A DNA stretch of 64,000 bases from Cyanophora paradoxa CCMP329. Its lineage: Eukaryota; Plantae; Glaucophyta. The stretch covers positions 62,001-126,000 of the forward strand of contig QPMI01000004.1 of assembly GCA_004431415.1 (NCBI GenBank), in the 5' to 3' direction. The notes below the pieces were generated by a model. The model made no database searches. It saw nothing but the letters and a program-made list of their open reading frames with translations, and was not told the DNA's origin. Positions 40,627 through 53,793 of the stretch are shown here, in pieces. Within the stretch, counting starts at the first letter, position 1. Each line of letters opens with the position of its first letter. Made by a program: the position numbers and the translations under genes.

Positions 40627-41608
40627 TCAGTCTTGTGCTACGGCGAACTCGCCCAAGACACCTTTAGAAGAGGGTATGGCCCCAACGCGGCGGGGGTCAA
40701 GCTCCGCAGCTTGGCGAAGAGCGCGCGCAAACGCTTTAAAGCTTGCCTCCACAATGTGGTGTGAGTTAATCCCAGCTAGCTGTCGAATGTGCAGTGTCAT
40801 CTGGGCATTTGATGCGAGAGCCTGCACTCCGTTTCCGTCAGTGTGCACTACAGTTGTAAAAGCCTCTTTTGTTTTTCACGCACCACGTAAAACTCGCGCA
40901 CAAGCTGGGTGTCGTATTTCCCGATGTGCTCTGTAGGAATCTGCAAGCCGTACTCAAGGTGGGGCCTGCCCGAAAAATCCAGCGCGACTTGAACAAGCGC
41001 CTCGTCCAACGGTGCTACGAAGTGGCCAAAACGATTCACGCCTGTCTTGTCCCCCAGCGCCTTCGCGAGTGCGAGCCCCAGTGTAATCCCCACATCCTCA
41101 TTCGTGTGATGGTCATCGATGTGCAGGTCACCATCCGCCCAGACGTCAAGATCCACCAGACCATGGGAGGATATTTGCTGCGACGAATGAGGATAACATC
41201 GACTGCCGGCAGCAGGCTTATCGCACATGCAGCATGTGATCAAGGAACGGGATGCCGGTTTGCGAAGAGCACTTCCCGGTTCCGTCGATGTTCAAAGTTA
41301 CCTTGACAGTCGTCTCTCCCGTCGTGCGGTTGACAGTCGCGATCCGCGGCTCCCGCGGCTCCCGAGCAGGGACAGATCCATTTGCGGATTGGGCTGAGGC
41401 CTCATCAGGGAGGCGAGCGTTTCAATCTTTGCATTGTTGGCGAACCCGCGGCTTGTACGGAGAACTGCACGCGGCGAGGCTTCGCAGTGATTGTTGGGAG
41501 AAGCTGCGCGCGCCTCTTCTGACAACGTTGACCGATGCCGCCAAAGTTGCCGCTAGAAACTGAGCAGGGGCGGGCGCTCGCGGCGCAAGTGACGACGAAG
41601 CTCGCCAT
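40627..41608 (-). CDS. hisB: Imidazoleglycerol-phosphate dehydratase with plastid transit peptide
   Basis: [75 protein letters not shown]; N-terminus MASFVV, Ser/Ala/Arg-rich. Confidence 0.95.
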
Positions 41609-43359
41609 GAATCGAATTACAGTACTGGTCTCTACCCCCCCCGGCCCCCCCCCCGCCCCCCCCCCCCAAGTGAGCCCGGCGGCATTTGTTTTTTCAGGAT
41701 AGCCCAATTCTTGGGCGCTGGTGTTATTTTCAGTCCACTGACTTCAACGTAGCCCGGCGGCATATGCATATGCATACTATGATATGCATCGATATCCGCG
41801 CGCCGTCGGCTTTTCATTAAAACGTATATATGTGCGCGTTCTAGAAAGGTTTCGATCGTACGCGTCCCCCCTTGGCCAATATAATCACAGCACGCCGGCC
41901 CGAGTCAGCTCCTGCCGGTACCGGTGGCTGCATATATTTAACAAATATATGCAGTTAACCGTATATAACCAAATATATAATTCTTTTAATCAAGACTTGC
42001 GTGACCTCACGGTCTTTGTCATTGGCCAGGCGCACGTGTGCCTCACGTGTGTCGCCTATCAGCACTACCCCCCACCTACGTTCGCCCAAACTTTCCGCCC
42101 GGCTAACTCGCTCCGCTCGCTCCAGCGCTCGGCCTGCGCGCGCTCCGCGTGCTCGGGAAGCATGTTCGACGCTCTCGCTCGCTTGCCGCCGCCCGCCGCA
42201 GACAAACGCTCCTCGAAGGCGATCCTGCGGCGCGCGTCTTCCGTCAACGCTCTTCCCGTGCTTTAGATGCGTGTACAAAGCTCTAGACGGGCCGGGGCGC
42301 CAGGCCTGCCGCTGGATCGGTCCCGGTCGTTCGAATCGCGGTTTCCGCCCATCCGGCGCGGTTTCGCCGCCCCGACGCCGCTCGTCTTGTTGGGTGCGTT
42401 TCCCCGCCCTTGTGCATGCATTAGAACGCTGTTGCATGCCCAGGAAGAGTGCCGCCCACCTCCCGCCCGCGCGGTGACAAACAGCGAGGTGCCTTGGACA
42501 CGGGCCACACGGGCGAGCGCCACATCGATGGGGGAGGGGCGTGGGTGGTTCTACAGGCTAGGAAACATGTCTGCGCACGCATCGGAATGCCGCTGCGTAT
42601 GATCCCCGCCCAGGGCCGCCGCCAAGATGAAGGACCGCGCCTGGGTGGTGGTGGTGGTCCATCAGGCGGCGGCGAAATGGTCGCAGAAGAGAACGGAAAG
42701 GAAGTATAGCACCTATACATCATGAAAACACGATGCGCGGCCGGCGGGCGAGCCCCCCGTCGTCAGGCGGCCGAGGACCAGGAAGTGCTGCAGACGCGGT
42801 TAGCTAGACCATCGGGCGAAGGTGTCAGGATCGCTTGCGCACTCAACAGGAGTTTGAAGACATCCATGCGCATGTGCGCGTGTTGATCTGAGCCGAAAAA
42901 GCTGGACGGGCAGGGCGGTCTGCGCTTCAAAAGTGGGTGGTGTGAGAATCCTGGCGGACCCGGGCTGGGCGTCCGGACGCACGCTAGAACGATGAAAGAC
43001 AGTGCAGAAACGCGTAAGCGTGCACCCGGAGCGCACCGCGATGCGAGACGAACATGCTGCGGCCTCTCAAGTCAGCATCGCTTTTGAACCGCTCAGCTTT
43101 TTCGGGGCTTGTCTATGAACGAAAGATGCGCAGACGCACTAGCTAACGATACGAACCTGTGCGAGGGAGCCGCCACACCTTTGTTTCACTAACTGCCGGG
43201 ACTAACTGCCGACGTCTGCCGTTGAGGGTTCGCTGCTCCGGAGCATCCTACCGCGCATGCTGAGAGCCTTGTCCATGCGCCTGGCTTCCCTGGCTGCTGA
43301 GGCTGATCGCTGCCAAGCACGAGGTCGCGGGTACGATATGCTTTGGCGAGGTTGTCGTA

Positions 43360-43920
43360 CCCAGAAAGTTGAGTTGGAATTTGCATACTACTGCGAGTCG
43401 AGTCAAAAAGTCCGAGTCAAAAACTCGGGCGATTTGCTTGATTGGTCAAAAAAGACTCGGAATTACTCAATCCACCGGCGCGGCCCCTGTTGGACCGGCG
43501 TGCTGTGAATATAGGGGTGTTAAAAACGTTAATATGTTAATTGGTCTTGCACAATCGGCCAATTTTTTGCAATAGAATTTCGAGGCCCCAATTGCAAAGA
43601 ATCCATCCCCCCCCTACCTCGGGTGAAAAGTAGAACCTCGGGTCGTTACCGGGGGGTACCCTCGCTCCGCTCGGGTTGACCCGTGGACTAGGCTGATCGA
43701 TTATTTGAAATATGCGAGGGTTTGCGCTGGCAAAACGCATTAATTTGGGACCGCATTAATATCGAAACGCTAAGAAACTGCTGTATGTACCCCCTTACAG
43801 CAGCCAAAAGTCTTCAAAACGCATATATTCGGTACCGCATTAATATCCATAGTATACGTAGGGCTCCGGGTCCAAAAACGCATTAATTTCTGGCGCATTA
43901 ATTAAGTGTTACACAGTAGC
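43360..43920. mobile_element. Cluster of DNA-transposon-like terminal/subterminal fragments
   Basis: AT-rich; GAGTCAAAAA repeats; repeated AAAACGCATTAAT/CCGCATTAATAT units ending in ..TTACACAGTA; hairpin CGGGTTGACCCG followed by CTAG (~43672-43690). Confidence 0.5.
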
Positions 43921-44088
43921 ATGGGGGCGCCGGGCTCAGAACTTCGGAAAGCTTGGAGTTGGGGCGCGCGGGAGCCTTTTCTGGGCATATAAAGCTCACA
44001 AGTCTACCTGCTTTAAGGCTTGCTACTTGAAGCCAAGAAGGCGCGCCTGGCCAGGCTCAGCAGCAAACGCGTAACCGGAATCTGGTAA

Positions 44089-47000
44089 TTAAATGAGGGA
44101 TTCGAAAAGGGGAATGGCAGGGACAGGCGCACGGGGTGCGGCATCTGTATCCTGCTTGACGCCCAGCCTGCCGGCGCCTTCGAGCTTCGAGCTCTAGCGG
44201 AGAGACACTCTGGTCAACGCACTGGCCAAAGAGTGCATGAAGCTTGCTGCTCACCTGGAGGAGGGTAGAGGTGACAGGCGTGGGCTGCACCGGGGAGGTG
44301 AAGTGGGCCATGACAAGCTTGGCCGCAGCACGCAGCTTTCCGCGGGCCCCACGCAGGGCAGAGCGGCGCCGGGCCTCCTTTGCAGCAAGGGCTGCCTTCT
44401 TGTGCTTCTCCGAGGGGAGATAGTTTGTGCGGAAGCTGCGGATTACCGGTGGGTCATCAGCATGTAGGTCAGAGTGTCAGGGAGGAGCGAGCACACTATT
44501 TCCATGCGTAGTCGAGCCCGAGGGTGGCGAGAGGCGTTGCCACAAGGGCAAGCCAGAACTGCGGCATCATTGCCATCTGCACCGCGGGCTTGGGTATGAA
44601 AGGGGGTAGGCTGGGAGCGGGGAGGGGCGGACCTTGAAAGCGATGCCGTTGAGCTCTGGGGCGAGGGGGGCGGCAGCAGGGAGGGCGAGGAGGGCTAGGA
44701 AGGCGACGTAAGCGGCGAGGGAGGCGACGACAGTGGCCGCCAGGGTCCACGTCCACGCGTTGACCATCAGGCAGAGCTTGAGGGTGACGACAAGGAGCTC
44801 GCACGTGAAGACCACCGTGCCCACCGTCCACATGCCCACCGTCGTCCCATCGGGCGTTGCGGAGCGGAGTGCAAGGAAGGGGACGAAGAAGATGGGGAGG
44901 GAGTGGAGAGCGGCGGTGGTGAACCAACCCCAGAAGACGTTGAGGTTGAAGCCCGTGTCAGCCTGGCCGGGGCGGTAGAGCTCGGGGTACTCGAAGGCGT
45001 ACTCGAGGGGCATGTCCTGGTCCATGACGGCCATCACGATGGGCGGGAAGGCCGTGAAGAGCGTGTTGTAGAGGGTGACCAGCACGGCGTCGTACAGCGT
45101 CTGGCCCGACGAGCCGCAGTAGAGGCAGAACCAGAGGAAGGAGAGCGAGAGCACGGCGTTCTTGTAGAAGCAGTAGAGGATGAGCTTGGTGACGCGCTTG
45201 TAGGACCAGCGGCCATGCACGAGCAGGAGCCGCTTCAGGAAGCGGAACTGGGCGATGGCGAAGTCCGAGGCAAGGACGGCCTGCATGCCCTCCTTGCCCG
45301 AGATGCCGACGCCGATGTGGGCCGACTGGATCATGGGGACGTCGTTCGCTCCGTCACCGATGGCGAGGGTAACGCGCCCCTCGATCTCCTTGACCATAAG
45401 GACGACCTGGGCCTTCTGGAGCGGGGAGACGCGGCAGCAGATGCAGGTGCGGAGCTTGCGGCCGAGCTCCATGAAGCGGGCGCGCGTCTCGTCCCGCAGC
45501 ATGTGCGCCAGCACCACTCCGTCGATGACGAGGGCGAGCGGGGCGGCCTGCCCCGCGGGGGAGGGGAGGGAGCGGCGCGAGGCGTCCTCCTCTTCCTCGT
45601 CGCCCTCGAGCTCCTCCTCGCGCGCGGCACCGGCCTCCGGGTCGTCCGAGCGCGCCGCCTCGCGCGGCAGCAGCGGCCCCGCCGCTCCGCGCTGCGACGC
45701 CCGCGCAAAGGCGAAGCGCAGCAGCCGCTCCACCCGCCGCGTCGTCCGCAGGTACCTGGTCCGGGTCGGGGCGGGCGGGGGTGCGGGGCGGCGGCGGGGC
45801 CGGGCACCAGGCGTCGGAGGCGAAGGAGTCGGCGCGGTGGTGGCGCGTGTCGGCGATGTGGCGCTCGAGGGCGTCGAGGGCGGCCTCGCGGGAGGCGAGG
45901 GCGTCCCCCGCCATCACGAGCACCTGCATTTCGGGCTGCAGCAGGCCGCACGAGAAGCCGATGTTGATCGCCGTCTCCTGCTTGTCCCCCGTGAGCACCC
46001 AGAGGCGGATGCCGGCCTTGGCGAGCGAGACGAGGGCGTCGGGGACGCCGTCCTGCAGCCGGTCCTCGATCGCCGAGGCGCCCACCAGCTCCAGGCCCCG
46101 CTCCAGCCGCTCTGCCGCGGCGTCCACCTGCGAGCGGCGTCGGCGCCCTGACGGGGGAGCACCCCGCGCGGCGCGCCTTCTCCTTGCGGCCGGCGATCGC
46201 GACGCTCGCCTCGTCGTAGACCTGCGGGGCCGTCACGCCGGCGCGGCGGCAGGTTCCCGCCCGGCCCGCGCGCCTTGGCCCAGTCGGCGTACTCCTCCTC
46301 GGAGAGGGCGCGGCGGGCGAAGCAGAGGGTGCGGAGGCCGACGGCGGCGCAGCGCCCAAGGTGCTCGCGGGTCGCCTCCACGAGGGCCTCCTGCCCGGGG
46401 GCGAGCCGCGGGATGATCATCGTGTCCGCCCCCTTCGTGTACAGCTTCAGTGCCCCTGCGCCCGGAGGTCGGGGGCGGCCGAGGGGTCGAGGGGGGCGCC
46501 GGTGACCGTCGGGCCCGCGGACGACGGCGGACATGCGCTTGCGGGTGGAGTCGAACTCGAGGACGTTGAGGACGGCGAAGGTGGAGGTGCCGCCGCCCTC
46601 GCGCACGTCCACCTCGCCGGGGCGCCGCGCGACGAAGGCGAAGCCGAGGTCCCGCCCGCCCTTGACGAGCGCCTCCTCGTCGGGGCTCGCCGCCTGGTAG
46701 ACGAGCCCCGCGGGGCGCGCCGGGTCCCCCTCGGGCACCACCGTGTGGCACACGGCGAGCATCGTGAGGAACTCGCGCACGAGGGCCGCCTCCGCGCCCC
46801 CGCCCCGCAGCTCCTCGAGCAGCGGGCCGGCCTCGAAGCCGGCCTCGGCGCCGGGAGCTGCCTGCAGGATGGCGGCCTCGTCGCCGCCATAGAAGACGCC
46901 GCCGACGGAGCAGCGCATGAGGCGCATGACGTTGCGGGTGAGGGTCCCCGTCTTGTCCGAGAAGATGTAGTGCACCTGGCCCAGCTCCTCGTTCAGGTTC

Positions 47001-48727
47001 GACGTCCGCGCCGTCGCCGGCGTGTCGCTCTCCTCGTCATCTGCCCCGCCGTGAGGAGCGCCTTCGCACGCCACGCTCCGCCCCGGCCCCGGGCGCACAC
47101 ATGGCGAGGTCCCAGTCGACGAAGGAGCACTGGAGGACCTTGACCATCTCGAGGGAGACGTAGAGGGAGATGGGGACGATGTTCGCGTAGAGGACGACGA
47201 AGGTCAGCCAGCGCAGCAGCACCGAGGCCGCGCTCGGGCCGCCCCACGCCAGGTACCACGCCCGCGCCCCCTCCCGCGCCGCGAAGAGCGCGTCCCCCGC
47301 CGCGCACGCCGCCGCCAGCGCGAGCAGGATCACGAAGACGGCGACGATCTGCCGCGTCATGATCCGCTCCACGTTGGTCCCCTTGACCGGCCGCTCGCGC
47401 GCGTTGCGCATCAGCTTCGTGTCTGTGCCCGTGTACACCGCGAGGCCGTACACCCACTCCGTGTTCCGCAGCTGGCACCCCCGCAGCAGCACGTTCTCCG
47501 GCCCCACCGCCGCCTCCCCCGCGCTCAGCGCCAGCTTGCCCCTGCGCCCCGCGCGTCGGGCGCCAAGACGGGCCCGCGGGTGCGCCGGGTGCGCGGGGGA
47601 ACGCGCGAGAAAGTGTAGAGGCGCTCGTTGGGCCCCTCGCACTCGACGGCGCCGGAGAGGGCCGCGAGGGCCGCCGGCGTGCTGCACTCCCGCGTCGCCC
47701 GCAGCGCCTCCCGCACCTTCAGGTTGGTCTCCCTGCGGGGAAGGAAGCTCGCCAGGGGTCCACGCCCTAGCAGCCGGAGGGGCGGCACCCGTCGAGGTTG
47801 GCGGTCTCGATGTAGCACGTCCCGCTGGGTCCGCTCGACGTGAGCAGCACGAGGTCCGCCTGTGCGGCCATTAAGAACCTCCGGATCCGCCTGCGGGGGC
47901 CGGGGCGCGGCCGCACCGGGAAGAACTCGCCGCGGTCGCAGCGGACGATGTCGCCCACCTGCACCTCCTCCCAGCGCGCCTCCCGCAGCACCCCGCCCCG
48001 CAGCACCTGCGTCCTCTTCGAGTTGAGGCCACAGTCGCTCCGGTAGCGCCTCTGCTCGCGGGTCAGGGCGGGACGGAGGCCCACGAGCAGGCGGGCGCAC
48101 GAAGTCTTCGAACGCCTCCTTGACGCTGCGCTCGCGTCGGATACAGAACGATGACAGGGCATGGCACGGCTACGCACATAGATACGCTCACGACGAAGAA
48201 AAGGGCGCCGAGCGTCCCCGCGGACCCCGCGCCCGCCGGAAACGGCGAGACCGCCGGAATGATCGAAAGCACGCCAATGCTGCAAACGGCGTTAAAAACT
48301 CTAGATAGCTTCCGATTCTGAGACGCACACGAGGAAGTACTGCCGACAGACAGGAACACGCTGCGGTTAGCTGAAGACCTCGTGGCATTTGCGCGGCAGT
48401 TGCAGACGCACGAAGTTGGCAGGGCGCGTGAATTGCTGGACGAGAATCACGGGGAGGAAGAGGAAGAGACCGTACTTCTGCGGCCACAGCACAAGACTCA
48501 GAACTCAAGTTAGCTAGTACCGGCGTCGCGGACCGTCGTCGAGACTGCGGCGGAACGAAGCGATGCGTAAGAGAAGCGCATCGTCTTCGATAGCGCCGCG
48601 CACCGTAATTGCTGGCGAAGCCAGAGTGAGCGTCGTTGAGCCGCACCGTGCGTGGCGGCTCATCCGCGATCTGTTCCACGCCGCTGGAGAGGCCCAGGGC
48701 GTTCCCGACGCCCCGCAGCACCTCCAT
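44089..48727 (-). CDS. P4-type ATPase (phospholipid flippase, ALA/DRS2 family)
   Basis: [107 protein letters not shown]. Confidence 0.96.
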
Positions 48728-48807
48728 CTACCGCGTGATGATTTTTTTTCGGCGAGTCCTGTATCCCCACGCAGCTCGTCCCCCTAGTCAGGGTGATCGC
48801 CAGCGAG

Positions 48808-49461
48808 ATGGCTCCCAAGCAGGCGGAGAAGAAGGGTGCGGCGCGCGCTCCGCGATAAGCGCCTTAGCTACAGCGCAGATACACCGCCTCCCTCTCCTCC
48901 TGCAGCGGCGATATGTGTTGATCGCGCCGGCAGCGGAGGTGAAGGGCTCGGACAAGAGCAAAGCCCCGGCCGCGAAGGGGAAGGCTTCCGCGCAGGCTGT
49001 GAAGGCGGCAAAGACCGTCAAGAAGGGCGGCCCGGTGAAGAAGATCAAGAAGATCCGCACCAATGTGCACTTCTTCCGCCCGAAGACGCTGAAGCTTGCG
49101 CGGACGCCGAAGTACCCGCGGAGCTCTGTGCCGAAGCCGAACAAGCTCGACCAGTACCAGATCCTCAAGTACCCGCTGACGACGGAGTCTGCGATGAAGA
49201 AGATCGAGGACAACAACACCCTGGTCTTCATCGTCGACATCCGCTCGAACAAGCGCCAGATCAAGGACGCAGTGAAGCGCATGTACGACATTCAGTGCCA
49301 GAAGGTGAACACGCTCATCCGGTGCGTCGCTGCGTTGTGATATGCTTCGGACTGTGAACTCAGACTTCGTGTGCAGGCCGGACGGCCAGAAGAAGGCGTA
49401 CGTGCGCCTCACTCAGGACTACGATGCCCTGGATGTTGCAAACAAGATCGGCATTATCTGA
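48808..49461 (+). CDS. RPL23A: 60S ribosomal protein L23a (uL23)
   Basis: [58 protein letters not shown]|[23 protein letters not shown]. Confidence 0.98.
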
Positions 49462-49634
49462 GCGACCTTGTTTGCCCTATCCCGCCCTGCCGCCCTGTTC
49501 ATAAGACTAGATGCCGGTATATTCTCAATTTCAACAGCGCATCAGTCATTCGTTTTGTTTTCAGCCATTTGCCTTGCATGCACTGCTCTGTACTTGCGAC
49601 CCAGGACACTCGCATAGGACACTGGTACATTTTA

Positions 49635-51095
49635 TCAAGAATTCAACTTCTGCTCTCCTGCCTTTGCCTCTTGATCCTTGCGTTGCTGCTCTAGCTTTAT
49701 GTCTGTGCGCGCTAAGCAGCTAAACACAAGCAAGTAAAGGATGAGAGAAACTGGCACACGTGTATAATAGAAGACTCCACTCAGGGTTAGGCAAATACCC
49801 AGAAGGTTTCGGGAGTCCAATGGTGCACCAAAGAAAACAAACCCTCCAAAGATGATCATAGTCAGCTTGAAGTGCCCCAGCACGTTATACCTGCAGCTCT
49901 TGAGAAAACGCCAGTCACGGCAGGGCAGCACACACGTTACAGGTGAGGTTTTCCCGATCACCAAGAAGATGGACAGGTTCACTGCAAAGGCGATGAAGCC
50001 GGAAAGCAGAATAATCACCTGGGTTCAGACACAATCAGCAGATTGTACTGCGCACCATTCCGACTTCACTTACAAAAGCATCCCATGATGCAGCCGTTCT
50101 GTACCAATGTGGTAGGCTCTTGTCTCCAAAACCCACGTCATCAAACAAGGGAATGACAATGAGAAGAATGCCGGCGGCAAGGGGTGCCTGGTAGTAAAGC
50201 AGCTGCATTGAACTAACTTGAAGTTCCTTCTGCTTGGTTCCGACCCACTGTCTGAGAAGTCAGAAATCTATGGAAATTATTTCACAAAGAAAGAAATCAC
50301 AATTTGGTAGAATGAGGTGACAACCACGGCCACAGCAGCGTACATTGTGCCCTTCAGATTCAGCTGGAAGTCCGTCACGGTAGCAATGCTCACTCCGAGA
50401 CAAATTGGTAGAAGAGACAGGCGTGTCTTGGTGTCAGACGATGTGCTATACCACAGGAACTGAATCACCATTATCACTGGAGTCGTCATCACTTTGGCGA
50501 TCTGCAATTAAGCTCGTCTTCTCAAATTGACGTCGAGGTTTATATAACGCAAAGTCGCCCGCTTGCCTGGTAGAAGCCAACAGAATTGTAGCGGAGGCTG
50601 ATATTTGTCAAAACGACGAATCCGCTGAAAGAGATGGCCAAAGGCAGAACTTGAGCTAGTCTCAATTTTTTCACAGTGAAAACGCCAAGCATCGCGCAGG
50701 CCTGCAGGCCCAAGAATGTGACGAGGAAATGGATGAGTGTCAAAGTCGTGGCTGCAGTTGCCTGGTTGATAGGCGATGCGGCGCGCGCAGAATTGCGCAC
50801 GGTAATTAAAGTTGTACGTGGTATACACCCACTTGTTCACGAAGACTATCGAGATTGAGCTCGCGACGTTGATGGCCATCCAGAGCACATTCCACGGGTT
50901 GACGGCTGCGCATCGCTGGATAAAGAGACCCCAGCTGCGAAGTTCGCATCAAGTAGCGCACCTGCGAAGTTGCGCTGCACGTCGTGCGCAAACCGGCGCA
51001 GCCTCCAAACTTGATCCCTAGCCTCCACGTTACTTGATCAGCTGGAAGCAAGCAGGCAGGAGATCGCACCGGGAATGCATTGGCGCGACTGTCAT
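49635..51095 (-). CDS. Nucleotide-sugar transporter (TPT/SLC35E3/UXT-like); start approximate
   Basis: NVASSISIVFVNKWV, TLTLIHFLVT, VVLTNISLRYNSVGFYQ|IAKVMTTP, QLLYYQAP, AFAVNLSIFLVIGKTSPVT|YNVLGHFK. Confidence 0.92.
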
Positions 51096-51302
51096 CCCTG
51101 CAGATGGAATGTTCTCGCGGGACGCGCGTGTGCGCATACCTGCTTCTTTCGCACCGTTCCCCACGACCTTCCCCCCCCTCCCCCCACCCTCAACCCCCGC
51201 CCCCATCCTCCTTACCCCCTCCACCGCCCCCCCCCCCGGCCACCCCCCCCGCATCTGGCGCATACGCATGCTTTGCCTAGATTGCGTCCGCAACTTGTTC
51301 TC

Positions 51303-52050
51303 GATGCGCCGGCGCTACGATTGTAATGTAGAAGGTGCCGCTCTTGCTAGCGCGCCATTGCCATTTCTGATCTAGCCGCTTTGAACAGAGGAGTTCGCAG
51401 CGGCCAGCAGGGCGAGCTTCCTCTCGCCGCCACGCGCGGTCGCTATCGATGCTCCGGAGCCGCGTCGAGCGCAGAGCATCGCAGAGAGTCTAGAAAGCGA
51501 GGCCGCGCGGGAGGTCGAGGAACTCAAGAACGTCATCACGGTGCGAGTCTCTGGGCAACCACTCTTGCGCTGCATGATCCGCAACGTAGGATCTTTATAA
51601 GCAGAACAAGCTCCAGCGGGAGTGCCACCGGAAGAAGCAGCGCCGGAGCGAGCCGCTGCCCGCTGCCAAGCCAGGCGTCGACGCCGCTCCCGCTGTCCCT
51701 GGCACGGCGAGGCGAGTCTCATGGCAGAACCGCGTCAAGTTCCATATTCTTGCGGGGGAAGCGACGCCAACGGACTTTTCTTCTGGCGATCCACCCAAAG
51801 AGCCGAGCGACGAGACATTCTCACAGGAAATAACAGCAGGCAACGGAATGGCAGCAGCAGCGGCAGCAGCGACTGCCGCATCTATATTTATGAAACAAGC
51901 AAGCCAACCAGTTCGAAAGCTTTTGACACGAGCTGTGGCTGCAGCTACTCAGCATGGATACTTGGCCATACAGCGGGAGGACGAGGAAGAACTTCATGGA
52001 GATAACCTGGACCAAGTTAGTGTAGATGTTTCTATAGTTGCAGGGGAATC
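51303..52050 (+). CDS. Possible short hypothetical gene or relic, divergent from the transporter
   Basis: Spliceable helical segment AQSIAESLESEAAREVEELKNVIT|(GTGCGA..TAG)|DLYKQNKLQRECHRKKQRR; start and stop not resolved. Confidence 0.3.
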
Positions 52051-52914
52051 ATATATTCGGCGTGCCACTGCTATACCCTCTAGTTCAAATATTTCGGTTT
52101 CTGATTCAGGTGTTTAAGCAACTGAGACTTGGTCAAGACAGAATGCCGTTTCATCAAATGGGTCTTTTCAGGCATATATATGGACCACCGTAGCACAAAA
52201 CTGATGCTTCACGTGTACTTGCACCCGATCTACACAGTCAATTGCAACGCAGCACAGTACACAGTACAGAGCACAGTATACGTATATACGTACAGTGTAC
52301 ATCATGATCACGTACATCTACATGTACACACGTGCACTAGTCTATCTGTAAACAGTCATGTGGGAAACCGGGTGGGATGGTATCATGATTACTAGCTGAA
52401 CATCGGATCTGTATGCATTTTGAGAGTGAGTTCATAACCATCAAACAGCAAAGATCTAGAGAGATTAAGAAACACTCAATTCATAGAGAAACAGACGAAA
52501 CTCAACTTGGCAAGTGACAGAGAAATAGACAGAACACAAGGAGGCATGGGAGGGCGTGGCATCGGAGGAGGCCATCGGAGCGGGGTGAGGGTCCTGCCCT
52601 GCAAAGCCGTTGCGGTGGAGAAAAGAGGGCGAAAGGAGGCCGGTGGTGGAGGGAGGCTGGAGCTCCGCAGCACTCGCGATCGATGGCCGAGGACGGCCGT
52701 CGGCCCGACCCCAAGGCTGCCAACGAGGATGAGGACGGCAAGCCCTCTGGCCTCTCCGGAGCTTGCAGGCAGAAGGGGCAGGCGGGTTGGGGCCTCCTCA
52801 GGAGGAGCGGTGAGGGGGAGTAGACCCGCCGGCGTCAGGCGCGTTCCATCAGGCGCTCCGCCGCCTCCTCTGGCCCACCACGAGGCGCGGGTCTTGCGAC
52901 AGGGCGCGACGCGC

Positions 52915-53681
52915 GCACAGCCAGTCCTGGTGCGGGGCCACCAGGAGCACGCGCCGCGTCTTTAGGGCGAGCCCCAAGGCGTAGGCCATGTGGTGGAGCT
53001 CCGAGCCGAACCCTGCGCCCGCCGCCGGCCCGGGGTCACGGCCGCGGGGCGTGCGCGATCCGGCGCGCGCGCCTGCGGCGCCGAAGCGAAAGAGGAGGAA
53101 CTGAGACACGCGGGGGCTGCAGTCCTCGCGGGCTCGGAACTGGTTCCGGTAGATTTCGCGCTGGGGGCGTCGGCGCGGCCGCGGGGCGACGTCAGACTGC
53201 AAGACGCGGCCGCCGGGAGGCTCGCGATCGGGTCGACGCCGCAGCAGGTCGAACGCACCCGAAACTCACGCATCGCTTCCAGCTGCTCGTCGTTCGCGAG
53301 TCTCGAGCCGAGGGCGAGCGAGTACAGGAAGTCGTATCGCGGGATCGGCAGGAACTTCGAATTCGTCTCATTCGATGAAACCGAGCTCGACTTCGAATTC
53401 GGAAGCGCTAGCTGCGCGCAGGAGGAGCTCTGCAGAAGCTTTCGCGGCGTCCTATCTCCGTGATCGATGTCTGGAGTGGGCGTCGGCCCCGGCAGGCGCG
53501 AAAGCTCCGAATCCAGCGCCCGCCTGACCAGCGAAGCTGCGCGCGAACCGTCGGTGCCGAACACCCTCGACGCAGCGAGCGCAATCGCACCCAAATGAAA
53601 GGAGCGTAGGGCCAGAATGATGAGCGGCGCGGCCAGCAGCAGCTTCAACCAGCGGCCGTAGCACCGTGGCCGGAGGCGCAT
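52915..53681 (-). pseudogene. 5' part of an alpha-1,6-fucosyltransferase-like gene (FUT8/GT23), apparently truncated
   Basis: Signal anchor WLKLLLAAPLIILAL; IYRNQF..DC..GAGFGSELHHMAYALGLALKTRRVLLV resembles FUT8 GCGYGCQLHH. No downstream catalytic exons found. Confidence 0.6.
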
Positions 53682-53793
53682 CGCCGAATCCCTTGTGTAG
53701 GTCGCAGGGCGCGCCCCGCGGCTGGCGCTAGATCACCCCCGGGGGCGCTGCCAGTAATTCCAGCGGCACTGTGCAATTGCAAAACGCTGTTGC

